Of a stretch of DNA of 15,398 bases, positions 9,679 to 15,398 are shown piece after piece. Location: assembly GCA_051294375.1 (NCBI GenBank), contig CM119267.1, positions 5,225,078 to 5,240,475 on the forward strand. Direction: 5' to 3'. A model generated the notes under the pieces. That model did no database searches. It was not told the DNA's origin and saw only the letters and a program-made list of their open reading frames with translations. This DNA is from Paraspadella gotoi. Lineage: Eukaryota > Animalia > Chaetognatha. The stretch's first letter is position 1; every line of letters starts with the position of its first letter. The translations under genes were made by a program, and so were the position numbers.

Positions 9679-12600
9679 TTCGTAAGGAGAGGTGAGAGAG
9701 GGTTGGACACCTCCTCGTCGTATGAACACGTATTTGGCCGAGTCTAGACTTGTCGGGAGGTGCACAGCCGGCTGACGATGCGCTGACGTTGGCGTTGGCT
9801 GAAGTTGTGCGACTTCCATTCGAAGTTTTGAGAGCTGAGTCCTTCACTATCTAGCGCATCGTCGTCAGTCTGAGCATCGCCGAGTATACTTCCGGGGACG
9901 CCAACTCCTTCGCCGAATACCAGGTCGGCCACTGAGGCTCCTATGTCCTCCTTGATCGTGGTTCGAATTGTGAGAAGTGTTAATGGTAATTTCCAGTACC
10001 ATTTTTCTCTTTCGTCCTTTGCCAATGCTAATAGAGACTCCTTCAACCTTCTGTGGAATCTTTCGACTAGTCCATTCGCTTGTGGATGGTAAGCTGTAGT
10101 CGTTTGATTTTTTATGCCCCATTGTCTCGTGAGTTGTTGCCACAGCGTTGACGTGAACTGGCTCCCTCTATCCGTCGTTATGATTGACGGCGTCCCGAAA
10201 ATACCAGTTAAGGCTTAGAGCATCCAGAATAGTGGGAGTCAGTGTATCCCGAATTGGGATTGCTGCAGGCCACCTTGTAAATCTGTCCATGATTGTTAAA
10301 AGGTGGGTGAAACCATTTGACTTCGGCATCTTGACTAGATCGAGGTTGAGGTGTTGAAAACGGCGACTTGGAATTTTAAACTCCCCGATTTCTGGGACCA
10401 CGTGTTTTGACACTTTTGCCCTTTGGCAATCTAGGCATTCACGTGCCCATTGGGACACGTCTTGTCGCATTCCCGTCCAAACAAATTTTGCAGCAACTGC
10501 TTTTCTAGTTGCATCGACTCCCGGGTGTCACAATCCATGGATAATGTCGAAAATTTTCCGACGCCACGAAGTTGGAACGAATGGCCGCGCGGGACCGTTC
10601 GAAATATCGGCCAGCAACTCTTGGTCACCGACTCTGATCTTTCTGAAGGTTAGACCAGATCTGGCTTCGCTGGATATTCTCTGGAAGTCAGGATCCAATG
10701 CCTGCTCGCGCGCCATCTGCTCGAAATTTATTTTGAAACTTGTGAGTGAAGCAATGACTGCGTTGACATCTTCAAGGCGATCTGGTTTGATTGTTGGTTC
10801 CAGTTGTTCGTCCACTCGTTGTTCGATGACTGAGACTGTTGGGTCCTCTGTCGATGGAGTTGAGGTTGCTGTCGATTGCTTTGTCAACGCGGTCATCGAT
10901 GGTTTCTCAGGCGCATTTGCTTTTTCATTGTAACTGACGTTTTTTCCTTGCGGTGCAGCTGATGTAGTTTCCGACGGGCCGTTGGGACGGGAGAGGGCAT
11001 CGGCCACTACGTTTGCTTTACCTTTTAGATAACGAACATCTGTTGTGAATTCAGCAATTGCTGATAGTTGGTAGGATTGGCGGCAAGTTTGTGGTTTCGT
11101 CTTTTTCCTGATCGCTGAAACCAAGCTCTGGTGATCGGTGTAAAGAGTAAAAGCTCGACCTTCCACCCAGTGACGAAAGTGTCGAACTGCTCTAAAAGCT
11201 CCGAACAACTCTCTGTCGAAAGGTGGCCAGGTCTTTTGGTTTTTAGCGAGCTTTGCTGAAAAGAATGCCAAGGGTTCCCAGCCCTTGGGCCCTCTCTGCT
11301 CTAAGACGGCGCCCACTGCGTGGTCAGAGGCATCTGTCGTGATGCATAGTTGCGCTCCTGTGCGGGGGTGATGGAGAAGAGCTGCGGATATTAGGCCTTC
11401 TTTGATGGCCTCAAATGCCTTCTCACAATCATCCGTCCAGTCTAGCTTTTTGGGCTTGCCGCTTAACGCTTCATAGAGTGGAGCACAGCGATGAGCGACC
11501 CTAGGTATGAATCTACGATAGTAGTTGATCATTAAGGCGTAGTANNNNNNNNNNACTCCTTGATTGACGTCGGTCGCGTCGTCTCTTGAAGGGTTTGGAC
11601 TCTCTCAGGCAAAGGTCGTATGCCATTCTTATCGACGAGGAAACCTAGAAACTCAAGCGATTCTTGGCCCAACAGACACTTCTTGGTGTTGACCACCAAA
11701 CCATTGTCGTCGAGAGCCTTGAAGACACGCTCAAGGTCTTCCAAGTGTTCCTGCGGCGATGACGACGCTACGAGGATGTCATCCAAGTAGACAAAGGTGT
11801 GGGGGATTTCTCCTAGAATCTCATCCATCAGCCTTTGAAAATCTTGCCCAGCATTTTTCAAACCAAACAGGCAACGCGGGAAGACATATAATCCAAATGG
11901 CGTAATTACTGCCGTTTTTTTGACGTCGTCAGGATTGACGGGAATCTGATGATATCCTTTGAGCAAGTCAATTTTTGAAAAAATCGTCTTGCCCTCCAAT
12001 TGCGAATTGAAGTCCGTCAGGAGCTTGACCGGGTAGCGGTCGTCGATGGTCTGGGCGTTGAGGCGCCTGTAGTCGCCGCAACATCTCCAGCCTCCGTCCG
12101 GCTTTGAGACGACGTGGAGGGGCGATGACCACTCCGACTTTCCTCTCTTCGCAATTCCTAGCGACACCATCTTTTCCAGTTCCCTTTTTGCCACGGCCAG
12201 CTTCTCTGCATCAAGCCGACGCGCTCGTGATTGGCATGGGCGTCCTTCAGTGGGGATTGAGTGTGTGACGCCATGCTTTGGTTCTTTTAACTCAAAAGTC
12301 GGCGTCGCTAGTGAGGGGAACGAATCCAATAGCTTGTAATACTTTTCGCCTTTGCGGTCGACGAAACTGACATGGACAGCCGTTTCTTTTGAAGTCGACG
12401 CTGCAATGGTCGAATAGTCTTGGAGGTCGATGAGTAGGCCATCTCGGTGATTGGGCGCTAAATAGTTCTCGGCCAAAAAATCGGCGCCGAGAATATATTG
12501 TCTGACGTCGGCTACGACGAAATTGTAATCAAATTTGCGATTTCCCAATTTGACCGTTTTTTCCATTGTTCCGTAGCATTGAATTGACGAGCCATTCGCT

Positions 12601-12806
12601 GCTTGGAGCTTCATGTGCGGATCAGGGCCTCGTTTTCGTTGCTGCAGAGTCGGTGGGATGATTAACAGCAGTGCTCCTCTATCGACAAGCCATTTGACTC
12701 CGTTCCCGGCGTCTCGGATGAAAATGAGATCGTTTGACGCCGGTGAACAGTTTTTTTCCGGGGGAACGGCAGCGTTCACTTGCGTCGTCCCCCTCTGGCA
12801 TTTCCC
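9667..12806 (-). pseudogene. pol: pol (protease-RT-RNase H-integrase), disrupted
   Basis: PR LVDRGA (12675-12683); RT WSSPLHVV, GDYRRLN, KIDLLKGYHQIP, YLDD (11778-11789); RNase H TDAS, RELF, YTDH, ADALSR; IN HHCC (HGL*HPG...CLDC) and D,D-35-E (LDLV, TTDRGSQF, LVERFH). Defects are an in-frame TGA at 10528-10530, frameshifts near ~10203 and ~9835, an N-gap at 11545-11554, and a C-terminus truncated after SPYE. Confidence 0.92.
12743..12806 (-). promoter_or_regulatory. -1 programmed ribosomal frameshift signal (slippery heptamer plus predicted H-type pseudoknot)
   Basis: G GGA AAU (12806-12800) lies in the gag frame, and a -1 slip enters the pol frame (GKCQRG...). A 6-nt spacer follows, then stem 1 GGGGGACG/CGUUCCCC and stem 2 GUGAAC/GUUCAC. 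Confidence 0.82.
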
Positions 12807-13834
12807 TCCTTCTTTTGCAGTTCCTCGAATCTTGCACAGCCATGGTCGCACGACCATGCATCGTCGCCAAATTTTATGTGTTTAGAACATAACGTCGTCA
12901 ATTTGGCTTTTTTTATTTTCACGGTTGGATTTTTCCGGTGCCAGCTATTTGGCTGTTTGCGATGGCGGGCTTCGACGGCATTAACTTCTTCCCCGGCATC
13001 AGAATCGCTGTCAAATTGCTCTCTGGGGTTGTTGATGACATGGCTGACTAGTGAGGATGACTGGCGGAGCTTTAGCTTGCCGTCGGCGTCAAAATGGCGG
13101 TCTGCTATTTGACACAGCTCGAAAGCAGTTACCTCGTCCGCTTTTTCTTCTAGTTGACAGCGAACTTCGTTTGGGAGTTCTCGAAGGATTTTTTCCTTTT
13201 GCATGTCGTCTAACGTGAGCGTCCTCGTTCTCTGCTCCAATTGGGCGAGCATCTTGGACGGTTTCACGCTGTCAACGTCGATAGGGTCGAGGATTGTCGC
13301 CGCTTGTTGCCGTCTAGTGAGGCCATACTCTTTTCTGAGATACGCGATAAATTGAATCCACGTTTCCTCGTTGGCCTCACCAAACAGGTATTGATTAATC
13401 ATCGGATCCACATTAATCCCGATCTTTGACTCTAAATGAGCAAACTTGTTCTTTGGTGAGGTTATGCCGGCTCTGACGTAAGCGGCTTCCATACGCTTAA
13501 TCCAGATTTCGATGTTTTGCGTATCGAAGTCGGGTAAATCTGGTTTTCGATTGGATGCACGCTCCAAAGCGCGAGTTGCTGCGGCGAGGGCGGCGCGGAG
13601 CTCGTCATTTTCGTCTCGCAGGTCTCTGGCGCCGGCCGTTGCCATGGCGGCGTCCTCTACTTTTTGGGCGTTGGTTGGCTGGAATTCGAACGCCGGAGCC
13701 TCTTCAGCGAAGACGGGCGACGTCGAGGGAGTGGGATGGCCCTTTCCGAATCCGATTGGGAGCTGAAGTCTCGTGGGATCTTGGGCGTCGCGCTGTGCTG
13801 AGCAGAGTCGGGAGCGTAGGTCCGACCCGCTCAT
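12776..13834 (-). CDS. gag: Gag of CsRn1-type Ty3/Gypsy element
   Basis: Intact ORF from the first ATG (13834; alternative ATG at 13645 in GCCGCCATGG context). It has the capsid N-terminal motif KPDLPDFDTQNIEIWIKRMEAAYVRAGITSPKNKF, KPSKML and LCQIADR, and a C-x2-H-x9-C-x3-C knuckle CSKHIKFGDDAWSCDHGC (12836-12889). Confidence 0.9.
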   Translation of the reverse strand: MSGSDLRSRLCSAQRDAQDPTRLQLPIGFGKGHPTPSTSPVFAEEAPAFEFQPTNAQKVEDAAMATAGARDLRDENDELRAALAAATRALERASNRKPDLPDFDTQNIEIWIKRMEAAYVRAGITSPKNKFAHLESKIGINVDPMINQYLFGEANEETWIQFIAYLRKEYGLTRRQQAATILDPIDVDSVKPSKMLAQLEQRTRTLTLDDMQKEKILRELPNEVRCQLEEKADEVTAFELCQIADRHFDADGKLKLRQSSSLVSHVINNPREQFDSDSDAGEEVNAVEARHRKQPNSWHRKNPTVKIKKAKLTTLCSKHIKFGDDAWSCDHGCARFEELQKKEGNARGGRRK

Positions 13835-13874
13835 TGAAGGATGTTGTTGACTCCGTGTGACGTTGGGGAAAGTG

Positions 13875-14025
13875 GGGGAAAGGGGCAAGGACAAGCGTGA
13901 GCAGATTTGGCAGACAACTTAATCCCTACTCTCCCAATCTCTCCTCGAGAGGCGGGGATAGGGGCAAGGATGAGCGTGAGCAAAGTTGGCAAACAGCTTA
14001 ATCCCTACTCTCCCAATCTCACCTC
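13875..14025. repeat. Two-copy 79-bp tandem repeat in the retrotransposon 5' leader
   Basis: gggga(a/t)aggggcaagga...gcgtgagca...ttaatccctactctcccaatctc(t/a)cctc at 13875-13946 and 13954-14025. Confidence 0.9.
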
Positions 14026-14080
14026 ATAAAGAGTGTTTTTCCGCTTCTTCTTTCCCTCATGAAGGTTGGTTTGATTCGTA

Positions 14081-14093
14081 GACGGGTTCACCA
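14081..14093 (-). promoter_or_regulatory. Primer-binding site, tRNA-Trp-like
   Basis: TGGTGAACCCGTC immediately follows the LTR's terminal CA. It matches 11/13 of the tRNA-Trp PBS TGGTGACCCCGAC; CsRn1-clade elements use tRNA-Trp. Confidence 0.75.
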
Positions 14094-14320
14094 TGTGGCT
14101 AGTAACATTATTTGTTTTGAATTTGATCATTTAATTTTGCAGTTAATGTACTCATTACATTTGGAGAATTAAATAAAGACATGTTGAGAGAGAAACATTG
14201 ATCTAATGTTATTAAACATGAGGTAAAAAGCCAAGACTGAAATCATTCAGTTAACAAGCAAAGGTAAACATTTAAAAATCAAAGGATTAAAACAGTTGAG
14301 CCATCTCTAGTGGGGAAACA
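14094..14320 (-). repeat. 5' LTR (visible part; remainder in gap)
   Basis: 227-bp match to 9109-9335 with about 6 substitutions and 4 small indels by manual alignment; directly followed on the element strand by the PBS. Confidence 0.95.
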
Positions 14321-15398
14321 NNNNNNNNNNNNNNNNNNNNNNNNNNNNNNNNNNNNNNNNNNNNNNNNNNNNNNNNNNNNNNNNNNNNNNNNNNNNNNNN
14401 NNNNNNNNNNNNNNNNNNNNNNNNNNNNNNNNNNNNNNNNNNNNNNNNNNNNNNNNNNNNNNNNNNNNNNNNNNNNNNNNNNNNNNNNNNNNNNNNNNNN
14501 NNNNNNNNNNNNNNNNNNNNNNNNNNNNNNNNNNNNNNNNNNNNNNNNNNNNNNNNNNNNNNNNNNNNNNNNNNNNNNNNNNNNNNNNNNNNNNNNNNNN
14601 NNNNNNNNNNNNNNNNNNNNNNNNNNNNNNNNNNNNNNNNNNNNNNNNNNNNNNNNNNNNNNNNNNNNNNNNNNNNNNNNNNNNNNNNNNNNNNNNNNNN
14701 NNNNNNNNNNNNNNNNNNNNNNNNNNNNNNNNNNNNNNNNNNNNNNNNNNNNNNNNNNNNNNNNNNNNNNNNNNNNNNNNNNNNNNNNNNNNNNNNNNNN
14801 NNNNNNNNNNNNNNNGCCTTGCCACTTGGACTGAGAAGATCAAAATTACGATCCCGCTGAAACAATTTATTTGTTTACTTTTTATAAATTAATTTAATTT
14901 TTTTATTTCATAATTGATAAAAAGAAACAGGCGAGATACAAGAAATAATTATTTGATTCTCTAACCTCAGAAAATTAANNNNNNNNNNNNNNNNNNNNNN
15001 NNNNNNNNNNNNNNNNNNNNNNNNNNNNNNNNNNNNNNNNNNNNNNNNNNNNNNNNNNNNNNNNNNNNNNNNNNNNNNNNNNNNNNNNNNNNNNNNNNNN
15101 NNNNNNNNNNNNNNNNNNNNNNNNNNNNNNNNNNNNNNNNNNNNNNNNNNNNNNNNNNNNNNNNNNNNNNNNNNNNNNNNNNNNNNNNNNNNNNNNNNNN
15201 NNNNNNNNNNNNNNNNNNNNNNNNNNNNNNNNNNNNNNNNNNNNNNNNNNNNNNNNNNNNNNNNNNNNNNNNNNNNNNNNNNNNNNNNNNNNNNNNNNNN
15301 NNNNNNNNNNTTTTCTAAAACGAAAAATAATTAAAACTTGAAAAAAAACATTTTTTTTCAAGAAAAACAAAAAAGTTTTTGTAAGAGATGATTATTGT

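Larger units (their letters stand above)
9109..14320 (-). mobile_element. Ty3/Gypsy LTR retrotransposon, CsRn1/Kabuki-type, decayed
   Basis: Paired LTRs, PBS, CHCC gag, and pol in PR-RT-RH-IN order (Ty3/Gypsy order). The outer end of the 5' LTR lies in the N-gap 14321-14815, so the TSD cannot be verified. Confidence 0.95.

Noticed and set aside
9566-9847. Possible extra ORF (env-like) downstream of pol
   Set aside because: It is an alternative frame over the integrase C-terminus and the LTR, with no signal peptide, TM segment or furin site.
10450-13860. Plus-strand ORFs antisense to gag/pol (e.g. 10544..10933, 12780..13112, 13512..13766, 13555..13860)
   Set aside because: Shadow ORFs of GC-richer coding sequence with no recognisable motifs.
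14287-15370. Long ORFs made of X residues (also 2061..2531, 5755..6168)
   Set aside because: Artefacts of translating N-gaps.

Overview
This is eukaryotic (invertebrate-like) draft-assembly DNA, rich in microsatellites, with eight N-gaps. The main feature is a near-full-length but decayed Ty3/Gypsy LTR retrotransposon of the CsRn1/Kabuki type on the minus strand (~9109 to >14320). It has paired LTRs, a tRNA-Trp-like PBS, gag with a CHCC zinc knuckle, a -1 frameshift cassette (GGGAAAU plus a predicted H-type pseudoknot) and PR-RT-RH-IN pol. Pol is inactivated by a premature stop, two frameshifts and an apparent loss of the GPY/F module and PPT. To the left are a host immunoglobulin-domain exon (479-613, +) with a candidate downstream exon, a degenerate LINE RT fragment (~3683-4300), two Helentron-associated (HINE/DINE-1-like) non-autonomous elements (~6424-6593 and ~7774-9030) and many simple or tandem repeats. 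I found no convincing evidence for a wholly new biological system. The most interesting items are the recoding signal, the unusual features of this retroelement and the HINE architecture.
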